From Amoebophrya sp. A120 (lineage: Eukaryota > Protista > Dinoflagellata): 64,000 nt of DNA. The notes beneath the pieces were generated by a model, which did not search any database, was not told the origin of the DNA, and was given only the letters and a program-made list of their open reading frames with translations. The DNA is taken from assembly GCA_905178155.1 (NCBI GenBank), contig CAJINV010000004.1, positions 8,392,882-8,456,881 on the forward strand, written 5' to 3'. Shown in pieces: positions 1-11,100 of this stretch (position 1 is the first letter of the stretch; every line of letters starts with the position of its first letter). The position numbers were made by a program, and so were the translations under genes.

Positions 1-130
1 CGGAATAGGCATCGCGAAGCCCTCAAAAAATCTGTGATGCTAGGGCATGCATCACAGACATCATGGCCAATGCAAAACATGCATGACAAGTCTCAGAATC
101 TTCCAGACCCAGACACTTTTACATTTGATA
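1..130. mobile_element. Introner family A, truncated by window start
   Basis: Right TIR TTCCAGACCCAGACACTTTTACATTTGATA; interior matches 380-644. Confidence 0.85.
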
Positions 131-1289
131 CCAGCATGCTGTTTGAGCTCCTTCCGAGATGAGCCCCCCGAATTGATGATCCCTGCAGGCCCATCGGCGT
201 ACTTCTACCGGAGAAAGAAGCTCCTGCGCCCGCGACGCCTTGCGCGGCCCAGGGCTGCTGGCTCTGGAAGAAGTTGTAGGTCGATGCCTGTGCAACTGCA
301 GGGTCGACCATTAGAGGCGCAGGAGCAATAAATTGTTGACCCGCGGGAAAAGGAACAGAGGAGCCGCGGCCGGAGCGCTTATGAAATGCAAAAGTGTCTG
401 GGTCTGGAAGAATGCAACTTGTGATGCTGAATTTGGATTCCAAAAACATCTGTATTGCATGAGCAGCAAAGGGAGCGTAATGCTTGCTACGCGGGGAGGG
501 CATTTGTCATGCGGAATAGGCATCAAGAAGCCCTCAAAAAATATGTGATGCTAGGGCATGCATCACAGACATCATGGCTCATGCAAAATGTGCATGACCA
601 CAAGTGTCAGAATGTTCCAGACCCAGACATTTTTACATTTGATAACGCTGCAGCGCCAGCAATTCCGCCTGGTTGACATCCAAGCTTGGGGGAGCTACAC
701 CGAGAAGTTCTCCCGATGATGAGCCAGGCGGCACAGAAACTCCCGCTTGATACATGAAAGCCGGCGCACCTGGTCCGCCCCGGGGGGACGCGGCGACCTG
801 CATGTTGCCACGGGGAGTGAAATATACATTGCAAATACCTCTGGGTTCTCTGGAAGTGTCTAAGGTTTGTCATGCAAGTTTTCCATGTTGACCCATGCTG
901 GCTCTGGAATGCAGCATCTAGCATGACAGATTCTTTCAGATCTTCATCATGCCTGTTCTGCATGAGAAACTCCATCTACTCACTGTGGTCAAAAGTGGAC
1001 AACTTTTGGCAATCATGCAACACAGATTTTAGATTTTTGTATCGTCCAGACTATGCATGACAGGTTTCAGCGTTCCAGACCGAGACGTATTTGCAATGCA
1101 TATGAAAGGCGGATCCCGAATCATGCCTGCGGTGATTGAGACGCCGAAAACACCAGGCGGGGCTCCTCCTGCAAGTAGACTAGAGAAATAAATTGTAGCT
1201 GCGACGGGAAACCGAAACCGAAACCGCCGGCAACGGGAAACCGCATTATCAGTTTGCTTACCGCGACTTCCTGCCACTCGTGCCGCCAT
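1..1289 (-). CDS. Hypothetical Gly/Ala/Pro/Gln-rich protein, 3' end runs off the window; exons about 1103-1289, 645-822, 131-379
   Basis: Removing 823-1102 and 380-644 plus one TSD each gives continuous ...IRDPPF|TPRGNMQ...ELLALQR|SGRGSSVP... Confidence 0.65.
380..644. mobile_element. Introner family A (265 bp)
   Basis: TIR TATGAAATGCAAAAGTGTCTGGGTCTGGAA; flanks gcgct/acgct. Confidence 0.9.
823..1102. mobile_element. Introner family A, opposite orientation (280 bp)
   Basis: TIR TAT(A/G)CATTGCAAATA; perfect TSD tgaaa. Confidence 0.85.
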
Positions 1290-3842
1290 CTTGATCTTGT
1301 TTCCACCAACGACCTTGGGAAGTTGTAGGGGTACAGGCTGATCGGACGAGCAAATCAAACAGACGACAAGCTTTTCAAGAAGAGCTGCAACTAGCACCGA
1401 GACGATGAACGATTTGCTGTGCTGGCGTTCTTTTTTATCCAGGATAGAAAGAAGAACTCGGGTTTCGCTGTCCACTTGTAGTACTTCTATGTGTTTATAA
1501 TTCTGCACTCTGTGATATAGAAGGATTTTGAGTTTTTAATATTGCCAGATATTAGAACTTACTGTTCGCGCGAAACAAACGGCAAGAAGGACTCCACAAA
1601 CATACGGGGAGGATGTACATAGCTGTGCCAAGAAACCAAACGAGAACTACAACAAAAAAAGCAAAGAAAATCAGGAAACCACCAACAAACAAACGGAACA
1701 GGGAAAATATCTGTCATGCGCAACAATCAATGCATCAAAATCGAGCGTCGTACCGATCCCCGATGGTTATTTTCAGCAATAAGTAGCACAACAAGTATTT
1801 CTTATTCTTTCTTAGCATGCCAGACATAAACTCCATCATATGCAAAATGTGCAAAAGCGTTGTGCTGATCGTGTTTTTGTTTTTCGCTCCTGGCGGTTAC
1901 CACCACGAACTGCAGTGCCAGCTGCTGCTGTGTCGTAAATTAGATGTAGAACAGTGGAGCACGTACGAAAAACAGTGGAGCACGTACGAGAAGCGCTGCA
2001 AGCAGCACATTCGTTTTTTCCTTTCCGGTTCTGATTAGTCTTATCGGAGGGGCGCTGCGAGTAGCAGTATCAGTAAAAGAATAAGTCCATTCAAGTCAAC
2101 ATTTTTGCGCACCGATGATCTAATGAATTATGTTTTGCAGTACATCATTGGTAAAAGCTGAAAAAGTTGTAAACAATAGGATGCAGGAGCAAGCACGCCT
2201 TGCTGCGTCGAAACAAATTTGGAAGATGGATTCAAGTCCGTAAGTACTGCTATATGAAGCTGGAATTTGAATCTTTCACTTGAGCGATTTTGTATGTGTA
2301 TCTATACTTGATCTTGAACTTGTCATGGTTCCTGCAACAATAATTTTAGTCGTGAAATAAGGAGCCTTCTTACCCGCCCCCTTTTTGTATTGGTGCGTGT
2401 GCCCTGTGTTGACACTAGAGCCTGCTGTATGAAATTGAAAACATAAATTCGTAGTGAAGATGAAATAAAAACTTGCACGAACTTCAACATGGAATAATTT
2501 TGATGTAACCTTCCACGAACAGAAACAGAAAACCATAACTGCCCGTCAAAATGCATTACGAAACATCAATTGCACTGGTTGCTTCGTGCGCCTTGAGAAA
2601 CCCTTGAAGTTGAATATCTTCAGACAATGCATGCTAGTAAAAGAAACAAATTGAAATTCAAATCATAAAATAAACTCGTCAGCACCAAAATGCGCAACGG
2701 TGTTGGTGATAAATGGAATAAAAGCATGGAAAATAAGTCAAATCGCAGTAAAATGTACTTATTGTAGAAGATGCATTGCACCAGACTGAAAGCAGCAAGA
2801 AATAACTTGCACCACCACTACTTAGGCGGCCTCACTCTCGTCCTCGCCCGCGCGCCCACCGCCGGTCCCCTTCGCGGCGTCCAACACCGACTGATTCGCC
2901 CCGTCGGCGCGGTCTGCACAAAAAAAAGGGGTGGTTTTTTCGGTCTCTTCTTCCTTGCAAAAGGGTCAAATCATGTCGACAAGAACATTAAACGAAAAGT
3001 CAATAGATTATTTTCAATTGCTGGCAAGGGCAACGACAAGAAACAATCACTCTCATCGCAATTTGCAAAAGGCGAGGGCAAAGGAAAAAGAAAAACAAAA
3101 AGAGAAACAAAGCAATGAGAATAAAATCAATACCATCATCTCCGTCTCCCGCCGGTTTTTTTCCCTCGCCCGCCGGGTGGGTTTTCGCCGCCTGACCCGC
3201 CCTGTCGGCGCGGTCTGCGAGTAAGTAGGTTATGTTTCGATCTCTTCTTCCTTGCAAAATAGCCCAAATGGCGACACCACCAAAACGAAAATAGATTTGC
3301 AATGGCTGGTACTTGAGGGGGGCAAGATGCAATCATTCTCAACGTAAGTTGCAAAGGGTGATGGCGGCAAAGGTAAAGGTAAAGGAACAAAGAGAAACAA
3401 TAACACAGCATTGATAAAAATTAATACCATCTCCCGCCAGTTTGTTTTCGTCGCCCGCCGGGTTGTTTTTCTCGTCCGGCTCCAGCGTGCGGCGCTGCAG
3501 AAAGCTTGGAGAGTATCCTCTTGGAAAGCGCCGCCTGCATCGCAGAACTACTTCTTATCTTCGAAGCAGTAGCACTTGCATTACAGTTCCTCATCGATCT
3601 CGCTGATAGAAACACAAACATTTCTGATGTCGTTCGTGCCACTAAAGCATTTTCTTGATGCAGGCTAACACAACTCTGTGTTGCCACCAGCGGAATGCGG
3701 TTCTGGACCGACAAGAGTCATCGTGCTTTCCTGCACAAGCAGCATCAAGAGTTTCGCATTCGCTTTTACCAAACTGAAATGCATCAGAAACTACACAAAC
3801 TACGCTGCAGTTCACGACCACAAGCGGGGGCATTTTTCAATT

Positions 3843-4750
3843 TCATAAAGACGGCGACGGCACCACGACGACGGGCTCCGTCGGCGGAACGACGACCGGA
3901 GCAGTGGTCCGCCGCTGCAGAAAACTCCGCGGGCGAGACGGCACGACGACAGGCGGCGGGGCAGCGGGAGCCGGGGGAGGCGCGCTCGCGTCGGGCGGGT
4001 CGCCAAAACGATTTTTGTTCACGTCGTTCGCGCCGACAAGGTCCTTCTCTTCCTCCGCTTGTTGATTCGCGCCGCGTTCCAGAAAGTCAGGCGGCTTCTC
4101 AACATCCCGTGGCAAAAGCTCCACGCCGGCGATCGTACGTCCTTCGCCACCGTCATCACCCGCTGCAAGTTTTTCGGTCGTGTCCCCTTCGGGAAGGCCG
4201 GGAGGAGTGCTGGTTTCGAGGTTCCGCGTTTATGGATTGCAAAAGTGTGTGGGTCGAGAAGATTGTAACTTGTCATGCTAAATCCGAATCATGCAAAAAT
4301 CTGTGTTGCAGTTGCATGAGTGCCAAAAGCTGTCCACTTTCGACCAAGTTGGAAGGGAGTCGCTCCTGCAGGAGAGGCATGACAGAGACCTCACAGACTC
4401 TATCACGCTAGGCCCAGCATTCCAGACCTCATGGGCCATGGAAAGCCTGCATGGCAGGTTTACACCCTTCCAGACCGAGACACATTTGCAGTTGATAGCG
4501 TTTCCGCGATCATGTCTCCGTCCGACTCAACGATGAAGGAGCTTGCTAACCCCGGCGGCTTGTCGGCTCTCATCCACTGGCGCCCCGGCGCCGGCGGGCG
4601 GGAGCGCTTGGCGGTGGGCGATGTCGGTTTCCGCCGTTTCGGTCCGCCGTCCGTGGCCCGGAGGTCCGCCTGTCCTGCTCCCAGTGCGGGGCCCAGAGGC
4701 CAAGCCGCGCTCACAAACGGATTGGCGGCCTTGTTGGCAGGTGTTTCAGT
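3843..4750 (-). CDS. Pro/Val-rich hypothetical protein segment, copy 1; 5' end unresolved
   Basis: Removing 4231-4497 joins SFIVESDGDMIAET|RNLETSTPPG...LLPRDVE...PSPSL*; paralog at 19580-20410. Confidence 0.55.
4231..4497. mobile_element. Introner family A (267 bp)
   Basis: Perfect TSD gcgtt; paralogous site near 20246 has a single gcgtt. Confidence 0.9.
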
Positions 4751-5128
4751 CTCTTCTTATCACGATCATGAAATTCCCCCCGATTGTTCCCTGTCACTGG
4801 TTCACACTACACAGAGGAGAAACGCCCAACAGCTTGAGACGTTGAGGGCCTCGAGTGAAGACAGGCTGGCTGTGGCCACAGAGTTCATCTCGTACTGGTA
4901 CAGCAGATCGAAAAATAATATATACTCTTTTGAAGAACTACGACTTTGATTGCAGTCTTGCAACATTTTTGTGGTTGCAGCTTTGCAAAACTTGGACGTA
5001 CATAGCTCGGGTTTCACAAAACGGACACCCTGGAACCCGAGTCAAAAGATTAATATGCTTAGATTTAGAATGCATTTGGATTTTCGCTTATTTGCCACTG
5101 GAGCTCATCAGGAACAGGGGCAACGGGA

Positions 5129-8100
5129 CTAAATCTTCGCTGTGATACGCCGTGTGCTCCCTTTGCCAGTTCCTCGAGTACCGCTTGTGCAGCCGGTGCA
5201 CCCGCTGTCAGTGTCAGATGGAAACTTTTTCTCACACCGCGGCGAAAACTTAAACTCTTCTGGGTGCTCGTACTGTTTCATGCAGAGTGAGATCATGCAG
5301 CTGCAATTATATTCAACGAAGCCAGATACAGACTCACTGCAGAAGCTGATAAAAATCACAGCACTTCTTCGGAGGACTCTCGTCCTGCAAGCGGAATAAG
5401 GGAAAGCACCTTCGTCCTGCAATCGCGGTGAGAAAAGGGTTGTCCACATGATACGCACCGCTTTTTGTTTCCGGAGGCCCAAAGTTTTTTCATTGTCCCG
5501 CGCACACTTGTGCTTGTAATTCTTTGGAAGTGCCTCCATTCTTGCCACAACCTTTTGGAAAAACTTCCTGATCCAGGGGAGCCACTTTCGCCTGTTCGTC
5601 CTGTCCCAAACCGTTGCCAAAAAGAGTGAGGCCATGGTATGTTTTTCTAGCGTCGCTTTCTCAATTTCAAAGCTTCTGCCGGTCTCTTTGTCCTGAACCT
5701 TCGTTCTTACCACGAGTCCTGGGTTGTTCGTTTGTTCCGGGGCGGGCACTTGGGGGGCAGGGTTTCCTCGGTAAAAACGTCCGCGCACCCCCCAAAGGGA
5801 ATTCTGCAAGACACACCCAGGACTTTTGGGACCCATGCATGATATAAACAACCTGTGCTGGTGCTACAGGAGTGAGTTAAAAAAATTTGGCTGCGCAGGT
5901 GCAGCATGATCGTGCCCAATTACAGTCTCTGGCGCATCACAAATCCACTCTGTTGTCCTGATTTAGCGACTTTCAAGTACGGTTACAAAAACACATCCCG
6001 CTCAGGAAGAGCCCCATGAGGAACATCATGAGCACTCAGATTTGCATGACAAATCTGGGGAGATGGAGGCATTTTTAGTCAGGATACGGCGCCATCAGGT
6101 TCTCCTGCCTTCTGCCGGGGGGACACCCCCTTGTAGTCCCGCCCTTGAATCACTGCAACGATATTATCGTCAGTGGACAGGTCGTCTAGCCGGATGGCTT
6201 TCTGAAAATTGAAAATGCCCCTACCGCACCACAGCCAAGTCGCGTGGCCTACTGTAGTTGTGCGAGTGCGCTAACTCTAAAAATTGCGAGAGCAGAGGAA
6301 ACCACAGCAGAGAATTATGTGTTGGGAAAAAAGGCAGCAACAGACATGCATGCTCATCCTTGTCCTGATGTCATCTTCAAGCTGCAACGTTAGCTTCAAA
6401 GCGTAATTTGCTGTGACTGTTGCCACCAAAACCATTCCTGATGTCATAGTCATTTGTTCTGTCGTATATTTCCGCGACGTGTTTGCCTCGGTGGCACTCT
6501 GCGCTCTCCTTACGAACTATTCAAAAATACCTCTTGAGCATGGAGCGAATGGGGTGACTTTCGATCATGATAGCTTTTCTCTACCTGCTCTTGTTGGGTT
6601 GACACTCGATCCCGGATTTCTGCATCATGCAGACCTGCGTCAACTAGAAGATTGGCGTATGGCCTGCCCGGTAGATTTTCCTCCTCCGTGCCTTGGTCAG
6701 CGGGCGTGCGTGGTGACACGAAACGAACCAGCGCTCCATCCGTCCTTCCTTCGAGAATGTAACTGGGTGTGGCTGCAATTTCCTGCTCAATTTTTTTCTT
6801 GCTTTGGTTTGTCTGCGAAGTGAGGATAGCATAGCCTTCATCATACTCCGCCCCATGTGTAGGAGCGTGCACGACCTCCCGCGTCGTGATCTCGTACAGC
6901 GACCAGACTTCCCGGCTCATCATCGCGAACTCTGCTCCCTTGAACCCCTTCACCGCATACCAAGCAGGCACCATGAAAGGCGGAAGGCGACAGTCTCCCG
7001 CGTTTCGTTCTTTGCCGTCGTGCAGGTTTTTCTTCTCGCAAGGCGTCAGAACGTGCATGTGGTCAACAATAACGCCATCCAGTTGTTCTCCCGACGCAGT
7101 TTCAGGCAAGCCAAAAATGAAAAACCCGATCCGCCCTTGGCTCATTTTGTCGTTGTCTGCTTCAATAACGTAAACTGGAGTCTCTATCCCAAAGAAAAAG
7201 ACAGGCAGGGCGCATTTTTCTTTATAATGCAAAAATCCTTAATCCACCCGAAAAGCGAAAATCTGTCACGCCCGAGCCCATGGCGTGCCTTTTGGAAAAT
7301 GCACTGGCTGGACTCCGGACAAACCTGCCGCGCTGAGTGGCTCCGGCCTCTTTCTACCTCAGAAGGCTGCCGGACCAGCTCAGTCGCTCAGCAGACAGGG
7401 CGAAGACCTCGGGCTGCGTTGGCTCCTGTGCAGATTCGCTCTTCAAGGTTCACCGCCGTCGCCTTCTTCCCTCATCTTTTCCTTCGTCGTTCCATCGTCT
7501 GGGCCTCTTGCGGAGTCTTGGGTCATTAAGATCCCTACAACATTGCGGGGACTACTCCCCGCTTCGCTGCTGGTGGATTTGATTCAGGGCGGGTTCCCGG
7601 ATGAAATTTCCACTCAGAACTGGGGATCTGGATGGAATTTTCTTTCAGGATCCTCAGGGCCTGACAGCAAAGAAGCTAGGTGAAGAGGACACGCTGTTCG
7701 CGCCCCTTCATCATCATCATCAGTACATGGAAGAGTGTCTGGGAGGGTGCTGAAAGCGACAAGAGCCGCAACGCCAAAGAGCGTGGCGGAGCGAATGCAA
7801 AAGACAACACATTTTTGACGCGCGTCTAGATTTAAGCTAGGAATTGAGCCCCGCGGCGCCAGCCGCCGGCAGGGAAAGGTAAATGCAAAAATGCCGAACG
7901 TCTGCACATAACGTGGGGGGGGGTGCAAAGATGAGCAGAGCGCAGTGGGACCAGAGCGCGCCGGCAGAACAAAGCGCCCGGCAGTTCACTCCTTCTCGCA
8001 ATCTTTGACACGACAGCAACACAGACCCCTTCGTATCACCAAACTGCACAGCTACACAGTGGGAGAAGGAGTAAGCCACACTCCACAGCCCCTGGGCTGG

Positions 8101-11100
8101 GTTTTCACTCAGGGCGCGGGACCTGAGTGAAATTTTCATGCAGGTTCTCGGGTCTGGATGAAATCTTCACTCAGGATCTTGGTCCTGAATTTCAGAGCGC
8201 GAAAACGTGAAGACACCTTTTGCGTTTGTGGGGAGCAGCGGGCGCATCGGGATCCCGTAGAAGCTTCAGGCGTGCGCGGCGGTAGGGTTTGGATCACATG
8301 ACCAACAGCAACACTGTGTATCTAAATCTACCTATTATCTGCAATGGAAGAATATTAATATGACATTTTTCCAGTACAAGAAATAAGTCTGGCCTACACC
8401 TGCCTTTCTTTCTCCGTGGGATAGTATCGTCCTTGTACACGGCGATCCGCTTTCTATACTCCGTGGTTTGTGGACACCCGTCCAAACTCCGTGGCCGCGA
8501 TAGGTATGCATTGCAAATATGTTTCTTGGGTCTAGAAAGTTGTGATGCCAAAAGTGCTCGAATGATATGAAGCCTGTGCTAGAGGCGGGCCACGCATGAC
8601 AAATTTCTGTGCAGCTATGTCTAGCGTGAACTGCATGACAAGCGAGAAGCACTGTAGGAGCGCAACAAACAAGAAAGAAATGGATTGACATACCAGGGTC
8701 TCAGCGTTCTTGTCTCAACGTTCTTGAGGCCGACGGGAAATCGTCTCAACGATCGCCCGGCGACCTCAAACAACGGTCGTTGGCAGTGGCGGAGAGGTAA
8801 GCCCGCCACCATTGATGCAAGGCGAGGGCGGGCGGTGACACACAAGAGGCGCAAGAACGCGGTAACACACACACGCGCAGGGGCGCGGGCGCGAAAGAAC
8901 CCAACACAAGCAGAGGGAAGACTCGTCGGCCAGGGTCGTCGGCGGCCGGCCGGCGGCGGGTTCCCTGGCCGGCGAGCAGGACCACAAACCCCAAACCCTA
9001 GACCCTGAGCCCTAAAACTAAACGGTGCTGAAGTTGAGATGCCGCGGTCAACGTTAGAGCATTTTGTCTCATAGTTGAGACAAATGGGCGTAGTTGAGAT
9101 TCTGGTTTGTCAATGGGCGTAGTTGAATGTCTGTCTTGTCGGCCAACCAGGATAAACTTGCATTCTTCCACGACACCCAGAAATATTTGCAATGCATATT
9201 TCATCCAGGTGGCCCTGTGCCGATTTTACGCCGAGTGCCATGGCCGCGTTTGGTATCAAAGGCAAGCAGTTTCGCCTCACCAAAAATCCTGATAAGTGTA
9301 CGGCTTTACACAAATAAAAATGCATCGTCCTGCGAGTAGACGTAGACCACGAAAGAAAACATACAAATCCCCCTAGATCTTCTTCCAGTCGCTCCATAGG
9401 AGCGAAAACACACAAAAACAGAGGCTGCTGAGGTATTGGGCAACGCAATGTGATCATGACCAGCAGCCACAGCCTCGGCTTACAAAACACACAGCACGCA
9501 ACCTCTTGCGCTAACGATACTTTATGCAACATTTCAGACGAGACCGCATGTCGACGTGGACGTGGTCCACTCGTTTATTACATCTCTGGCTCGTCTCTCA
9601 CATAGGAATTTGCCATCATGGCGATTTCAAATTACAAAGGCAGCGAGCTTGTTCACTAAAACATAGTACATTGATGCTTTCTACTTCAAACAACTTCCAA
9701 CGCAAGACTGCTTCTCTACAGCGTGCGAAATCTACCTGCGTTTGATACTTCTGACAACCGCTGCAAAAAAGCCTAAAAAAAGCCGCAACAGAAAAAGCGG
9801 ACATAGGTGGGGCGCCGGGTGATTTTTTGGCACCCATCTGTCCCCGTTGCCGGCCGCAAACGCAACGGCCCGGGCTGCGATCGAAAAATCACAGGAGGTA
9901 GGCCTCTAGGGGGGCTCACTCAACGGGCGCGGCGCCTGGTGGATACTTATAGGGCGCCCGCCCGCGCGTCGGGCCGGCGGCCTTGTCCTCGGCCCCCAAA
10001 GCCGAGGCCAAGACGCGGAGCACGCAGGTGGGGCGCCGGCGGGTTTCTTGGCAACTTCGCGACTGGAGGACGGATGGTTGGATCGCAAAGGCATCGGCCA
10101 GGGCTGCGAAAGAATGAATCCCAAGAAAACTAACAAGCGGACTCGGGTGCGGCGCCGGGTGGTTTTGGGGCACCCACCTCCTACTTTCTTGCTAACGGTC
10201 CAAAACGCCACGCCCTGCGGTTCTGAAAAGCGCAAGCAGGCGGGCGGGCCACGATGCGGCGCCACCCCCCCACGCACAGAGGGCCTGCCGGGGGGCGAGG
10301 GGCTGGGAATAAGACGAAGAACAAGCAGAAGCAGGCTCCGTGGGTGGACATGGACGGGTCGGCTAGCTTGCTTGGGGGCGCGCAAAGGCCTGGGCGTCGG
10401 GGCATTATTTTCCCCAGAAGCACCACGAAACCCGCCCGCGCTGTGCCGGCGGGCCACACCCCCTGTGTGGCGCCAGATGGCCAAAGGCCTCCAAGCGGGC
10501 GCGCCATACCGTGCGCCCCAAGCGTGGGCGCATGCCCATGCGTGCGCAAAGTTCTCTCGGGCACCGCAGCGGCTGCCGAGACGCGGGCGCGGCAATGAAT
10601 CGGCGCAACCCGCTGGCGCCGAAGATAGGGACACAGAATAAACCACAAGGCAGGCCACGGCCCAACGCGGGCAAGGGCAGCGGGGGGGACTACCTTCTGC
10701 GCCTACCATAATGCTCTGCCTCACACGAGATTTGTCTGAACGCGGCCACACTTTGAAACACGCAGAAAAAAAAACGCGAATCTTGACGGTATGATCGATT
10801 TTTCTTTGGGGTCGGCAACGGCCGGGAAGATCACTCGTTTGCCCTCTATACTACAGCGTGCGAAATCTACCTGCGTTTGATACTTCTGACAACCGCTGTC
10901 ACCGTCTTCGCGGCAAGGTCGAGAACGGTGTGCGCCACCGACGCCAAATGGTCCGCCACCGACGCGGCTACAGCAGAGCCGGCAATTGCGTGGGAGCTAA
11001 AGGAAATGGCGGGCACAACAACTTTGGCGGCCGCCGCGTAACCAGCGACGACAGCAAAAGCCGGCACAACGGTGTTTCGCACGAAATCAAGGAACGGCTT

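Noticed and set aside
380-644. Tc1/mariner-type MITEs with TA target duplication
   Set aside because: TA is part of the TIR; empty sites lack it and show a duplicated 5-mer; removing only TA breaks the frame.
2276-3790. A further gene in the duplicated block (paralog about 18230-19520)
   Set aside because: DNA is conserved and internally duplicated, but no consistent reading frame could be built in both copies.
8986-9017. True telomere or chromosome end
   Set aside because: Only about four degenerate units, internal to a gene.
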